Assembly: GCA_048013815.1 (NCBI GenBank)
Contig: CM106585.1
Coordinates: 21,018,001 to 21,082,000 of the forward strand
Reading direction: 5' to 3'
Length of the DNA: 64,000 nt
Origin: Setoptus koraiensis
Lineage: Eukaryota; Animalia; Arthropoda
The notes beneath the pieces are model-generated. The model made no database searches. It was not told the origin of the DNA and saw only the letters and a program-made list of their open reading frames with translations. The position numbers were made by a program, and so were the translations under genes. Positions 12,086-27,177 of this stretch are shown here, piece by piece; within the stretch, counting starts at the first letter, position 1, and each line of letters opens with the position of its first letter.

Positions 12086-15000
12086 GCTAGCGGGATGATA
12101 CCGCCGGGCTGCGGTTTATTCTGAATGCTGCGTCTCAGAAACCACCAGGGAGCGTGGCTACAGCAGTATAACAAACCTCCAATTGTAGCTACATTGAAGT
12201 TAATAGTCTGATATCTTAATAAGCTGCAATATGCAATGTTGCATTGCTCTAGGCTTTGAAGTTTTTTGTGTACAAAACTTGGCCGGAGCCGTGGAAGTTT
12301 GCCGCCAGCGTCGGACATAGTAGGGGGGGCTGAATCACAGTGTTGTTTGGTGGGGGTGCCCTACGGGCGCCGGAAGAAAATCGTTGTGTGATAGTTTTTG
12401 GTGAGAGAAATCCTGAGTGTGGCACCTATCGCTTAAGCACACAGGTCCCGCGTTTCTTCGCATCTGACGATCTAGCCTTTCTGGAATTCATGGCCCTTAA
12501 GTCACTCTTTCAGGTTGTCCGCTAGAGTTGACATTCTTGGCTGGAATAATCCGGTCTAACCTCTGGTGTGTTAAAAATGATCTTGCTTTGTTGTAATAAT
12601 GTATTATAAATATAAGGCTAATGAATATTCTATAATGGAAAGATGTGTATAAATATAAATAAGAAGTGGTGTTTTCAGGGCAGAGCGATACTAAACAGGA
12701 CAGCTGCCAGAAGGCTAAGCGAGGCTGGGCGAGCGCTTCCACAGTGCATTATGGCTGTGCTCAAGGTAAATGCACTAGTGGAATAGCTAGTGCAGCATAA
12801 GCAGAGTAGCGGGCTTGTTGTCGCGCAGGGCATGCAGTCACTGTGGGGGGGGGCGCCCTGTGGGCTTGCTTGTGTGTGTATTACAAAGAAGATAAAATTT
12901 ATTAGCAAATATTGTAGTATAGAGCTAAACGGGTCCAAATCACAAATCCTCTATATGCAAGCCATCATCCTCCGGCCAGCTGTTACAAGCTCGCATTCAC
13001 CATTATGATATAAGCCCCCATCCATAAGGCAATTACATGGATTACAAGTGTCTCATCTGGACCGCTTAAGTCAGCTAGTGCTCTCAGTTCTCCCAACAGA
13101 GAGAACTATATTAAGGGTAAGAGCATGTCAGTAAATTGCTCTAGCATTTGTTTTTTTCTAATGCAGTTAAATGGCAGAAGGCATATATAAGCATAAAAAT
13201 ATAGTACAACACATTCAGGGATATAGTGTCTGATAGTTATATTACTCTCTTTTTAAGAGAAATAAAGCAGTCATAGCGCAAAATAGGGCGAATGATGAGA
13301 TCAAGTAAGTACGAGATAGAATATAAAGTTATTGGCAAGTCGTAGGCTAAAAAGGTATCTGAAAAGTAAAAAGGTATGTAGAACGACTGAAATTCCGCGA
13401 ATAGTTCTCCTAATTCATTGAGTCACTCTCAAGATAAGCATCTATCTCACTACTAAATGAGGCTGCGAATAGTTAGTTCATGGGCAATTGTCACTTCACC
13501 GTTTAGGCGAAAATGCTATGAGGATCAGGTGCCGATAAGATGAGGCTCTTAGTTTAGCATAGGTGAGGCAATAAGGTTATGTTGCTTCTTGTTGAGCTCA
13601 GTCTAAAGAAGGGGGGGGGGGGGGGGGGGTAGGGCATATGGATGCAATATAGGGCAAACGGTACCTATTGGCTTTAACTCAAATCTCATTGCGTATATCA
13701 TTGTTAGAACATTATCATATTTGTACGACCATTTGTGAAAGTTATAAGTATACCGCTTAGGCTTGCTCAGTCACAACTGGTGTTGAGATGTACGGAATTA
13801 TGGAACGCTAGGTGCCATGCGGCAGACTGTAATTTGGATTGCAGTCCGATAGTGTGTTAGCGTTTGATACACAATTTAATTTATGCGTGGACGAGAATCG
13901 GAATAAAGGCTGTATAAGAAACCGTCTGACCATGTCTATACTTTGACTAATGTACTAGTACCAGTGAGAGCGGTTGAATGTACAATAGACCTGGAATTGA
14001 ACGTATTTCGCAGTAGGGTAGTTATCACCTCAAACGATGAAATAGTTAACAAAGATTGAGAACAAGGCTATTTGCGAAAATAATGAAACAATAGTACATC
14101 TGGACAGAGGGATTAGAGGGGCGGCTTAAAGTAGGGGACCAATAGAGGCGACGGTCATGAATATTGTATTTGATGACTATGGGGTATTGGGCAGACAAAT
14201 TATCGCAGAATGGTACGGTCTGGTATACGAAGATGAGACTACCATGGACCGCGGCGTCGTTTTTTTTTTGTTGCATTTCGCAAAGATACGATGAACGGTT
14301 AGGGCATGAAGCAGATTTGTGTGTTGTGGCGGACTTGCAGCACGATGAGGCTGCGAATTTTTATCATGTCGTTCGTTATTCATTAAGTGTTAACTACTTA
14401 TGATCGAATGTAATGTTTATATAGTAATTGTTTCAAGTTGTACATTCATCATTCACGGATTTAACTTTGCAATGATTTGAGCAAAAATCGACTCTCAATC
14501 AGACCATGATGGTAGTCAGACGGTCCAAGCATTACGACGGTACAGGGAACCGATAGGAAACCTAAATCACTATGTAGGGCGAATATTATAATATATAGAA
14601 TGGTGATAAAATAGCAAGTGATCAATAACTACCAGCTAAAAGATAGGGAGAGTAAAATTAAAAGCAAATTTAAAGTTGGCTAAAGGCAATAACTTATGCT
14701 ATGCTAATTATAACAGTGCCGGAATTTTATTTGTATGGGTTGATCCTAACAATTGTAGCTAGCTTTTTGGCATGTAGAGGTGCATGGACTGCGGACCTTA
14801 TATGACAGTACTATGGGCATTTATCAGCTGTGGGAGTTGATCCTGTATAGAGAGGGAGTGGAGCATTACATTGGATATGTAGATAGTGCTCGTCAAGCTT
14901 CTGCATCATGATAGGAGAGGAGTTTTGTCTGTTATGGGAGGCATGCTTATCTTTTTAGAAGGAGCAGACATTATTAATTTATTTAGAGCTATCTATTTCT

Positions 15001-17015
15001 ACAGCATAGCCGGTCCAAATGAATCGGCATCAGGCAGGATTAACAAAGTTATTTGCTCACCGACTACTCGGAGTATAGTCAATCTCATATGCAGTTCAGG
15101 GTCACTGATGAAACTTGGCGCATTCTTGTCATTGCGTACGCGGTCATTGGAAATATTGTTAGGGCGATCTAATGGGAGGGATGGATATATAGAAAGGCCG
15201 ATGGCTGTGCGTATAAGGCCTCATAGTATATAAGGGGACTAAGGGTAGTTATTGATGTTGGAGAGTACGTATGATTTTCACGAAAGTGACTAATGTAAAT
15301 ATATTACCTATGTAGAAGAGTTATGACTAAGTCTAAATTTCTAGTTGAAGGATAATCCTGGGCTTTAAAAACCATTATCACAGTGTAATGTCGCTATGGT
15401 CCAGTGATTATGACTTGGATCAATTGATCGGGCTTCACTTTCGAATAGATGTTGTCGTATTGCATTCTAGTGGAGTAATTTGAGCTAGGTAGTCAGGGCA
15501 CAGTATTTGGCAGGAGTTCGGTGGTGACAAATGGGTTAAAAATCGATACTTGAAAAATTTAGAATAATTCAGAATTTCTGATTTGAATTAGTTTGGCAGA
15601 TTTGCTGTTGCTGGTCCTGGAGTTTCGATTGTCAGTTAGGGGTGGGGGGGGGGCTTGTGTGTCAGAGAGAGTTCGATGAGTCGACAATTTCGAACTTCGA
15701 ATTGGAAAATACGAATTTCTAAGATGATGGAGTTAGACAGCTAGGCTCGTATCATATTCGAATGGTCAGCTGTTCGAATGGTACAGATTAAAAGAAGGTT
15801 TGTGGCTAGATTGCATACTTATCACTTGAAAGTGGGCGGCGAAATATAGTAAAGACAATACATAAAATATCTCTAAAGAATAGCTATGTCATATAAGTTA
15901 ACTGGGCTATTAAATGTTATGGATAAAGTGTCTTGATACTTACTCGGTGAACATTATGTAATTATCCTGAATGCAGAGCCATAATTTTTAAAGGGAATAA
16001 GGTAGAGACGCGATATGTATAAATGGAGTGTTAAAGAATGTTTTGATATTGAGGTCTGACAATCTGTATGGTTTTGACCAGGAACAGTGAAGTTAATTGT
16101 CTTGAAGCTGTGTGGGCATAAAGTTTTGTCACGTAAACAACTACTCGCATAGTTCTACAAATTAGAAACATGAAAGTTTTGTTTGGGCGGTTGTTGTACG
16201 ATAGAAGTTTCGGTGGGCATTGAAGAATGAATGGAATCGCGAACTAGCCAGAGGCGGAAATGAAAAAATTAATAGTTAAAATAATATAAATAAACTGGGT
16301 AAGTAGGATAGGAATGGCTCTCATCTATTTATTTATATTTAGGATAATTTATATTTCAAACTTGAGTACAACATCCGTCATCGTCAAAGGTTTCTTTGGC
16401 TATTTCTAGTCTCGAAAGATCGGCATACATTGAATTGTGTTGGCGATCATACTTATGCAGGGGGAGCAGAAAAATGTTGCGAGGGCACAGTATGTTACTA
16501 AAGCACACTAATAAGATAGGAGAACAGTAACAATACTAGGCAAATCGGCAATGTGGGGGGGGGGGTGGGTGTTGGGGGGGGGGGTGGGGGGTTGTGGGGG
16601 GGGGTGGTGGGATTGTGTAGGGGGTGTAGATAGTGTGGGGTTTGAGGTTGGATATAAGTTGTATTGGTTTTTTAGGGGTGGGATGCTGTTGCTAGCCCAT
16701 AGCAAAGCCTATAAAAGAGATGGTGAAGGGTGACTTAGCATTTATATATTGAAGTAGCGAGATAGCTTGTTCTCTATGATGGGGAGGAGTTCTTCCGATC
16801 AGATGGGAGGGTAAAGTTTTGTGCTGCTGTATGGGAGTGTGCGTATTTTTCCATGTTCATATGTACGTACCAACGCCAAAAACCATAAAAATTTAAATCC
16901 TCACGCTATATTAATGAGAGATTTTCAAAATAACACACCGAATGCGTAAAAATTTACATCGCATTAAGTCCAATGGGCAATATGTCTAGTTGGCTTCCAA
17001 ACTGTCCTAGAAAAT

Positions 17016-17048
<33 letters not shown>

Positions 17049-19049
17049 AGTCGCCTAATTGGGGCAATCACTTTATTTTATAATGATTAATATTTTGGTA
17101 TTTTATTATAGGCATGGTCTGCTTTAGGTCAATACGAGTATGACAAATGCGAGAGAAGATCAGGGAACCATTCGTGGCATCGCCGCTATAGATTGTAAAT
17201 GCTCATAGCTTTTTGTTTGTCTGAAATTAGTTTGTTGAAGAGAGTTGATCAATAGATATTAGGTTGATATAATTAATTGTTGCTAATAAAGACAAACGAA
17301 AAAGGTGGTTGTTGTTGCTAGAAGCTGTAATACAATGTTGTTGTAAAGTCATACTTCTATATGTGGGCTTGGGAAACCGCAATCGTGTAAGTTGTATGGC
17401 AAAGGGATTCTTGTTGTTGTTGGTACTAGAACGTGCTGTTGTTGTTGAATAATAGGTTCGTTGTTGTTCGTTGTTGTTGTATCTGCTGCTGGGTTGTTGG
17501 CTCTATAATCTATAAATTTCGATAATATTTGCATAGTATAGCAATAGTGATCATAAGCAATATAAATCTCAATTCTGCACCATGCAGATTGTGGTGATAC
17601 TTGGATGTAAGAATTTAGAGGGGAACGATTTTTTTGGGCACTATCCATTGATCATTCATTCAAGTGGGGAAATCGTCAGGGCAGTGGTATTATTTTTTAG
17701 GCTCCATGTAATGAGCCACTGATCGAGGTCTAGAATAATATAGCATGGTAATCAAGATAGATGCTAGGACATAGCAGGCCTATGGATATAGTGCAGAGTT
17801 GACCCTTCTAGCTAGCAGGCCTATAAATAGGTAATGACTCAGATGAAGGAGTGCGGCTCGACCCACCTATCGACCTGTATAAATAGCGTTGCGAGAACCT
17901 TCGTAGAATATGCAACATCAGAAGTAGGTGCAAAACCTAACGTAAGCGTGTATCATGCAATATGTCACTAAATGCTGTGAGTGGATAGGAGCTAGATAGT
18001 ATCCAGTATCTTCGAGCGAGCTTACATTTTTTGGATTGAGTTGAACGTCGGAATGGACAGTTGGCTAGTAATGTTGATGAGCAATGTTGTATACATATAG
18101 AATTGTATCTAAATGACGAAGCAGATGTTGACGTAACTGTGCGGCAAATCGCTTGTATGATCGTTTGGCGAACAGCTTTGATTTCTGCAGAATGTCGGGC
18201 AGTCTATGCAGTGAGTTATCGTAGAAAATTTGGCTCTATAGCACTGCAATAGCAACAGATTGCTAGCATAGTAATAACTGAGGGCATTGGACAGGTTGAA
18301 CATCGATGTGAGCACTTATGCTAGTTTGGCACTAGCATCACTGCACGCGGGATAATTATCCGGAATAAGTCTCAGTCGCATGATGGATATATTGTAAATA
18401 ATTCTGAAGGCATGCTGCTCGTTGTAACTCCGTATACCTTACAGAATTGCGTAGAAAATAATTGCGACAGAAGGCAGCCAATACTAATGCTATTTAGTAG
18501 ATTAGTAAATATAACTGTTGGCAGGAGCTACAACTCGAGTGCACTGATTTTGCTGATGTCATTATCATTCGACAGAGCACTGGTAATTTATCGACGTGAA
18601 TTGTCTCAGTCGGCTGTGTGAATTATTGGTATATTTGTGCTGACATTAGGTTCTTTTCTCCAGTGTTCTCAGCGTCAAAGCTAAAATTTTGCTGGGTCGA
18701 AAAGAATTTGGCACATCTAGATAACTAAAAGGCGACCGTATACATAGTGTCCTAATACTGTGCAAAAAGTTTGGATCAAGAGAGTTTTATTCCAGCGCCG
18801 TTTTGGCCGCAGGCACTTTGTGAATATCAATCCATAGTATTGTTCGTCAGATCCATGTGAATATTGAAATTATCTTGAAGCATGGTTGCTCTATCTGAGC
18901 TGCGTAATGTCAAGAAATTTCTGTAGCAGAAATATTGGCAAGGCATGTAGCAAACGGCCACCATAGTTATAACAAATCTGAGTATATCAGTGAATCTGTG
19001 GGCAAAAAGTGACACGTCGATGTGCACTGCTTGTTTTTCGAGCAATAAT

Positions 19050-19118
<69 letters not shown>

Positions 19119-19881
19119 GGGGGTGGGGGGGGGGGGGGGGGGGGGGGGGGGGGAGTAATTGCGCAAGCTTGGAAATAAATCCTTGGTAATGTCGGCCAGT
19201 CGCATTTGTTAATAACTATGTAATACATCATTAAATTGCAAGGTTATTATTTTCCTGCGTTGGGATTTAGTCGCATAAACTATTTTCTCACGAAGATTAA
19301 TTGTGAAATATATCCTATGATTAGTCATACATATCTATCCCAGTTTTTATTATATAATAACGGATGTGTTGCAATGCGGCATATCTACGCATGCTAAGAC
19401 GGAATCTAGTGCAATTCACTACTGGTAAAACTATCTCACATTCTCGCAAGAAATAATAGAATAGTATTCATTAATTTCATATCAAACTAATGTGTTGAGA
19501 TTCAACTATAGATAGTCTGCAAACCAATTCTTAGTGTGTGTGTAGTATCAATTAGTCATATAGGATTAGCCATGTTTTGACGCTATCCTGTCCTGTCAGC
19601 TTCGATGAATTCTAAAGCCGTTCTATAGTGGGCAGACTTCGCAGGGGACCAGGAGAAAGGGAGCCGGGGATTAGACAGAAGCACTTTCTCTAAGCAGTCG
19701 ATGCAAAGTACATAGGCTAACCCAATCAGAATGGTAGCATTTACTAGTTTGATTAGAATTGGAGTAAGTTGCCACGCTGCTGTAACTAACGTAATTGCAT
19801 GCTAGATAAAGGATAAGATAGGGAGGCGCATTCGCTCGATCTGAGCTATCCCGTGGGAAGTGAGGGCGGGCCAAAGTCCTG
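7100..19881. other. Probable low-accuracy (uncorrected long-read) contig end with recurrent poly-G tracts
   Basis: No recognisable gene in about 12.8 kb. Abrupt G-homopolymer tracts at about 8907-9009, 9626-9669, 12035-12087, 13612-13629, 16555-16610, 17006-17047 and 19051-19153. The stretch terminates at the N gap. The start boundary is approximate. Confidence 0.65.
19051..19153 (+). repeat. About 100-nt near-pure poly-G tract (likely artefact)
   Basis: Seen directly; produces the spurious poly-Gly/poly-Pro ORFs at 18827-19231. Confidence 0.9.
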
Positions 19882-20381
19882 NNNNNNNNNNNNNNNNNNN
19901 NNNNNNNNNNNNNNNNNNNNNNNNNNNNNNNNNNNNNNNNNNNNNNNNNNNNNNNNNNNNNNNNNNNNNNNNNNNNNNNNNNNNNNNNNNNNNNNNNNNN
20001 NNNNNNNNNNNNNNNNNNNNNNNNNNNNNNNNNNNNNNNNNNNNNNNNNNNNNNNNNNNNNNNNNNNNNNNNNNNNNNNNNNNNNNNNNNNNNNNNNNNN
20101 NNNNNNNNNNNNNNNNNNNNNNNNNNNNNNNNNNNNNNNNNNNNNNNNNNNNNNNNNNNNNNNNNNNNNNNNNNNNNNNNNNNNNNNNNNNNNNNNNNNN
20201 NNNNNNNNNNNNNNNNNNNNNNNNNNNNNNNNNNNNNNNNNNNNNNNNNNNNNNNNNNNNNNNNNNNNNNNNNNNNNNNNNNNNNNNNNNNNNNNNNNNN
20301 NNNNNNNNNNNNNNNNNNNNNNNNNNNNNNNNNNNNNNNNNNNNNNNNNNNNNNNNNNNNNNNNNNNNNNNNNNNNNNNNN
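19882..20381. other. Scaffold gap of 500 N
   Basis: Run of exactly 500 N; the round size suggests a scaffolder placeholder. Confidence 0.99.
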
Positions 20382-23300
20382 ATAAAAAATATAAAACAAA
20401 AAATAAAAACAATAAATAAAAAAAATAAAACAAAAAAAAAATTAAAATAAAAAAATATACTAATAATAAAAATAAAAATAATAATAAAAAATAATAAAAT
20501 AAAAAAAATACATAAAAAATAAAACAAATAAAAAATACTAAATATAAAAAAATATAAAAAAAATAAAAAAATACAAAAATAAATATAAAAAATAATATAT
20601 ATAAAATGAACAATATAAAATAATAAAAATAAAAAAATATAAAAAATAAGTAAAAATAAAAAAACTATAAAAAAAATATAAAAAATAAAATATAAACAAA
20701 TAAATATAAATAAAAAAAAAAATAAAAATTAAAAATTAAATAAAAAAACTAAAAAATTAAAAAATTAAAAATATATAAAATAACAAATAATAATAAACAA
20801 ATAAAATAAAAATAAAATAAACTAAAAAAAATAAAATAAAAAAACTATAAAAAAAATAAAAAAACACAAAAAAATAATAAACTATAAAAAAATAAAATAT
20901 AAAATAAAACAAAATAAAAAAATAAATACTAAAAAATAAAAAATACTATATATATATATAATATATAAAAAAAATATAAAAAAATAAATAAAAAAATATA
21001 TAAATATAAAAAATAAAATAAAATAAAACAAAAAATAATATAAAATACTAAAAAATAAATAAAAATACTAATATAAAAAAATAAAAAAATATAAAAAAAA
21101 TAAAATTTAAAAAAATAATAAAAAAATAAAAAAAACTATATAAAAAATAAATATAAAAAATAATATAAAAACTATATATATAAATAAAACATAAAAAAAT
21201 AAAATATACTATAATAAAAAATATAAAAAAACTATAAAATAAAAAATAAAACTGAAAAAATAAAATAAAAAAAATAAAAAAAAACATAAATAAAAAATAA
21301 AACAAAAATACTAAAAAAAATACTATAAATACTAAAAAAAATAAAAAAAAAAAAATATAAAAAATATATATAAAAATTAAAAAATAAAATAAAAAAAATA
21401 CTAAAAAAATATAAAAAAATTAATAATAACTAAAAAAACAATAAAAATAAAAAAATATACAATAAAATAATATAAAAAAAAATAAAAAAACTAAAAAAAT
21501 ACTTAAAATAAAAATATAATATAAAAAAATAAAAAAATAAAATATTATAAAATAAAATACATAATAAAAAAAATAAAAAAATAAAAAACTAAATAATAAA
21601 AAAATATCTAAAAAAATAATATAAATACTAATATAAAATAAAATAAAATAAAAATATAAATAAAAAAAAATATAAAAACTAAAAAAAAAAATATAAAAAA
21701 TATATATTAAAAAAATAAATAAATATAAAAAAATAAAAACAGAATAAATATACTATAAAATACTAAAATAATAAATATATAAATAAAAAATTAAAAATAC
21801 TAATAAAAAAAATAAAATATATAAAAAGAAAAAATAAAATACTAAAATAAAAAAATAAAAAATATAACTAATAGAAATACTATACTAAAATCTAAAAATA
21901 TAAAAAATAAAAAAACTATAAATATAAAAAACAATATAAAACAAAAAATAACTAAAATTAAAAAAATAAAATAAACTAAAAAAATAAAATAAAAATACTA
22001 AAAAATAACTATAAAAAATAATAAAAAATATAAAAAAACATATAAAATAAAAAAACAAAAAACTAAATATAAAACAAAAAAAATATCACAAATATAAAAA
22101 ACTAAAAAAATAAAAATAAAAATAAAAAAATAAAATTTATAAACTAAATAAAAAATATAATACATAAAAAATAAAAAAAATATAAAAAATACTAAAAACA
22201 AAATATATACACTAAAAACAAACTAAAAATAATATAAAAATATAAAAAAATAAAAAATACAAAAAAAAATAAATAAAAATAAATATATAATAAAATAAAA
22301 AATACTATATATATAAATACTAATATAACAAAAAAACTAAATATACTATAAATACTAAAAAAAATAAAACTATATAAAACTACAACTATAAAAGATACAT
22401 ATAACACTAAATAAATAAAATAAAAAAATATATATATAAATACTATATTAGAAAAAACAAAATAAAACATAAAATACCATATATAAATACTACAAAAAAA
22501 TATATATATATCATAAAATAGAATAGATCATAATAAATATAACTAATACATAAAATATAACTAAATAGACTAAAGAAAAATATAAATAAAAAATAAAAAT
22601 AAAAAACATATAAAAACACACTAAAAAAACAAAAAACTATAATATATTAAAATACTAAATAAAAATACTAAAATACATATATAAAATATACAAAATAAAA
22701 TATATATATAAAATACATCATAATATATATATACAAAATATACATATATAAAAAATAAATAAAACTACATACATATAACAAAAATAAACAAAAACAATAT
22801 AACATTATAAAATAAAAAAACTATAAAAATATACATAAAATAAAAATATATACTATAAAAAATATAAAATATAAAAAAAAACTAAATATATATATATACA
22901 AAATACCTAAAATAAATACTATACTATACATACATAAATAAAAACTAAAAAAACTAAAAAATACTACTAAAATACTATTATACTAGATATAAATATATAA
23001 ACAAAAATATAATCAATAATAAATATATACAAGATAAAAATAAACATAAATATACATCATGTTTGGGTTTTAAAAAAATTAACATTAAATGGGTTTGGGG
23101 AAAATAATCCCCCACAAAAAATAATAAGGGTAAAAACCCCAAATATAATTTCCCCCCGCCCCCCCTCAGGTCCCCGCTCCCCACCCAAAACAAGAGAAAA
23201 CCCCCACAACCAAACGGAATGGAAAAAGGAGGGAAAAAATAAAAAAGAAAGAAAAGGAAAGATGTAAAAAGTTTTTAAAAATACCCCACAAAATCAATGT

Positions 23301-26300
23301 GGATCCCCAAACCAAATTCAATTTTGTTTTTTAAATTAAACCAATATCATCCCTCCCCGCTCCAAACCCAACCCAACCCCCCAAAAAACAAACCCCGGAA
23401 AAGAGGAAAAGGAAAGGAAAAAAAAAAAGGAAAAAAGGAAAGAAAAAAAGAATTTTTTATTAGAAAATGTTTAACTAATTGAAGGACCCGCATAAGTTGT
23501 GGAATTTTTTTTTTTTTTCAACATTTATTGGGTTATAGCAATTTAAATGCCTTCCCCCCCCCTCCCGGCCGCCCCCTTTCCTCAGACCCCCACAAAAACC
23601 AAAACACCAATAACCCGGAGGGGGAGGGGAAAAGGGAAAAAAAAAAGAAGGGAAAAAGAAGGAAATTTCAAATGGGGGGACAAATTACGCCAAATCTTGT
23701 TTTTGGGGGGTATAATTTCCCCACCAAAAAATAAATGTTAGACCCAAAATAATCCCCCTCTACCCTGTTCCCCCCCCTTTTTCCCCATACACCCCCAACA
23801 AACCCCAACAACGGGGAAAAAGAGGGGAAAAGGAGGGAAAATAGAAAAAAAAGAGAATGGGAGATAAAGTAATGTTAAAAAACAAATAAACAACTTTACA
23901 ATAAAAAATAGGGGGGGTTTTGGTGAAAAAATTATACCGCCCCCCAAAACCAAATTTGGTAACAAAAAAAACAAACATTTTCCCCCTCCTTTTTTTTTCC
24001 CATCCTTCCAAAATAACAAAAAAAACCAACCCAATAAAAACCGGAGGAAAGGAAAAATAGGGAAAACAACAGAAAAAAGAGGGAGAAAATTATGGGTTAG
24101 AAATAAGACAAGAGATACTATAATTTTCAAATTTTTTTTGGGATGAAATACACAACCCCACATAGTTAGGTTTAATAAATTAACAAAAAAATATTATCAC
24201 CCCCCCCCCCCACCCCCCCCTTTCTTTTCCACCTTTTTTCACAAAGTACAACCATAACAAACCAACCCCAAAAACCAACCCCCCAACCCCCCGGCGGATA
24301 AGGAAAAACAAAAAAGGGCAAAAACAACTAGAGAAAAAGAGAAATGTATTGTAATGGGGGGGGGGTTTAAAAAAAAATAAGAAACCCCCATTAAAAAATA
24401 TTTTTAGTTTTGGGGGGGGGTGGGGAAAGAAGAACACCAAAGAAAATAAGCACATATTTTTATCCAAAAACCCCCATTTCAAGGTTTTTTTTATTTTTTT
24501 TTAAACTTTAACATGAACCCCCCCCCCCCCCCCCCCCCCCCTTCCCCCCCCCCCCCCACCCCCCTCCAAAACCAAAAGAACCAAAACCCCACCAAAAAAA
24601 ACCAAAAAAAAAGAAAAACCCCCCCCCGGAGGGGAGGGGAAAGGAAAAACACAAAAGAAAAAGGAAAGGGTGAAAATATAAATAAAAAATTGGTGAATAA
24701 TGTAAAAAGTAAACCAATTTTAAAAAATGGGGGGGGGTTTGGGGGGGGGGGGGTGGGGGGGTGGAAAAAGACTTTTTCCCCAAACAAATTTTCAAAAAAA
24801 TATTTGTTAAAATATAAAAAAAAAAAAACCAAAAAGACATCCAACATATGTATTTTTCCTCCCCCTCCCCCCCCCCGCCCCCCCCCCCTCCCATTCCCCA
24901 ACCCCAACAAAAACCCCCCAGACAAAAGAACGTAGGGAAAAAAAAAACCGGGAGGGGAAACAAAAAAAACAAAAAGAAGGGCAAGAGGCAATTTATTATG
25001 GGGGGTTTTTCTTTTGTATTTTAGGAATAAAGTATTAATTTAAACAAATTCCAACAACCATTGGGTTTTTTGGGGGGGGGGGTTGGGGGCAAAAAAAAAC
25101 ATATTCCCAAAAACCCATCACTGATGTACCTAAAGCCCCCAGAAACATAATTTTTTTCCCCCCCCACCCCCCCCCCCACCCCTTGTCCCCCCCTCCCTCA
25201 AAAAAACAGAAAAAACTCAAAAAACCAAGAAAAAAAAAAACACCACACAAACCAAAAACGGTGACGACAACTAGGAAAACAGGGACACACAGGTCAACCA
25301 AAAGACCGTTAGAACCCAGGCTCTTGTATTATATATAATCCCAAACTCCAATTAAAGGTGTTATTTTTAATGTGTGGGCCCCACGCGAAATTTATACCCC
25401 CCCATACCCAACAAACCCTCCCATTGTGACCAGAACACGAAGCCTCCCCAAACACCTTATTTTCTCCCCTTATCAGCCAACCCAACCCCACAGCCACCAA
25501 CCCCCCGACGCGGTGAACAGGGAAGTGCCACGGCCCAACAGAAAGGACAAGGCAGGGGGGGGGGGGCGGTCAGAAAATGGGGGGGTATTTTTTTATATTT
25601 TTTTGTACACACAAAACCATAAAAAACACAACAACAACTTTACCATTTTGCCCTTGTGGTGTGGGGTCTTATTTTTACCAACACACCCGCATTCTATTAC
25701 TTATTTCTATTTTACTATACTTAATTAACCCTTAAATTCTATATAATCAAACATTATTCTATTTAATTATTATACTCTAATTATAATACATTTTTCAATA
25801 TATCCTATACAACAAACAAACATAAACAAAACAAATAAAAAACCATACAAAACCACAAAACCCAAACAATAAAAACAAACATCAACCAAAATAAAAACAC
25901 ATTAAAAACAACCAATATCAAAATTAATTACAAACATTAAATCAAATACAAACATATAAAAGAAACACATTATAACATACATTTGTTTTATAAGATAAAT
26001 AAAAAAATAACTACAACTAACCACAAAAACAAACACACCAAAACAAACCCACAAACAACCACACAACAAAAACGACATCAACATATACAAACACACACAC
26101 ACATAATACACTCCATACACAAACAAACATTCACACACAACACCAACAGACACAAAAAACAACAAAAAACACACAAACACAATAAATAACCACCATACTC
26201 ACATACCAAACAAAAACACTCTACCATAAAATAAATAATAACAATTTACCTATTATTCCTCTATACACTACCCCCTTTATCTTAAATTTTCTTTTATATA

Positions 26301-26900
26301 ATTCCATATTAAATCAAATACTCAAATAAATTAATATATCCTAAATTTACTAAATTTACACCTTCTATATCATTTATTCAACCCCTACATAAAAAATCAT
26401 TACCTATATATCCTTCACTACAACCACAAAAACAATATTTTCATAATACTAACCATTTTTAAATATCTCTTTTTTCAATTAAATATTTATATTATCTTTA
26501 TTTTTACCCTCCGTTATTATTTTTTCTTATCCAAACAACTAATACCATTTATATCACTTATATTTAATTATATTTTTATTATTTAAATATACCCCCCCCC
26601 CCCTAATTATAATCTTTTTTAAAATGTAAGTATACTTATACTCTTCTTTTACTTTTACATATTATTTTTTTTTATAAATTTATATTTATATTACCTACAC
26701 TACTTTTCGGTCCCGCTGGTGTGATTGTGGCGTTCGTTGTGGGTTTTCGAGGGGAGGGGGGTTGGTTGTATGTGGATGGGTTTTCCCCCCCCCCCCACCC
26801 CCCCCCCCTTTAGCTATTGATAAAGTAGGTGTGTTGGTGGTACGCGTTCTCCGGGCACGTTGTTGTTGAGAGAAGGATATGTATACACATGTGCGATTAA
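20382..26900. repeat. Low-complexity A-rich tract, then poly-C/poly-A and AC-rich tracts; probable junk or low-quality contig start
   Basis: 20382-23050 is almost only A and T with sparse C and almost no G. 23050-25700 alternates A, C and G runs. 25800-26230 is AC-rich. No periodic unit or real ORF. Sequence becomes normal at about 26900. Confidence 0.8.
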
Positions 26901-26939
26901 AGCAAGCTCACGTTTTTCTGATGCACCTAAATTAGTTTA

Positions 26940-27131
26940 GAAAAGGTTCGCGAGAGCGGCGCTGCAGTGCATTTTTCGTTGAACGAAGTGCGAGCAGCGC
27001 CTCTGTTGGATACTTCATAAAACATCGGTGCACATTGGAAGCGGCGCGCAGTGTTTGTGTGCAGAAAATGCACTGTGGAAGGCAGCGTAGCATAAACTGT
27101 AGAAACTTGGGCACTTGGACCTGCCACCCTA
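26940..27131. mobile_element. Partial MITE-like element related to the adjacent MITE
   Basis: Shares a 31-nt core GCACTGTGGAAGGCAGCGTA(G/A)CATAAAC(T/A)GT (27070-27100 versus 27408-27438) and ends ...CACCCTA|TA. The left end falls in noisy sequence. Confidence 0.45.
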
Positions 27132-27177
27132 TATTATTATTATTATCATTGCTACATGTTGTATTAACGCTGTTGTA

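Noticed and set aside
8842-19231. Poly-Gly/poly-Pro ORFs (8842-9084, 11905-12318, 16508-16733, 18827-19231)
   Set aside because: They are translations of G homopolymer tracts in low-quality sequence.
20382-23050. G-free strand as bisulfite-converted or hyper-edited DNA
   Set aside because: C is also strongly depleted and A dominates far beyond what G-to-A conversion of normal DNA would give; read junk is simpler.
19671-26189. F/I/Y-rich and K/N-rich ORFs, and ORFs spanning the N gap
   Set aside because: They are artefacts of A-rich or T-rich junk and of Ns lacking stop codons.
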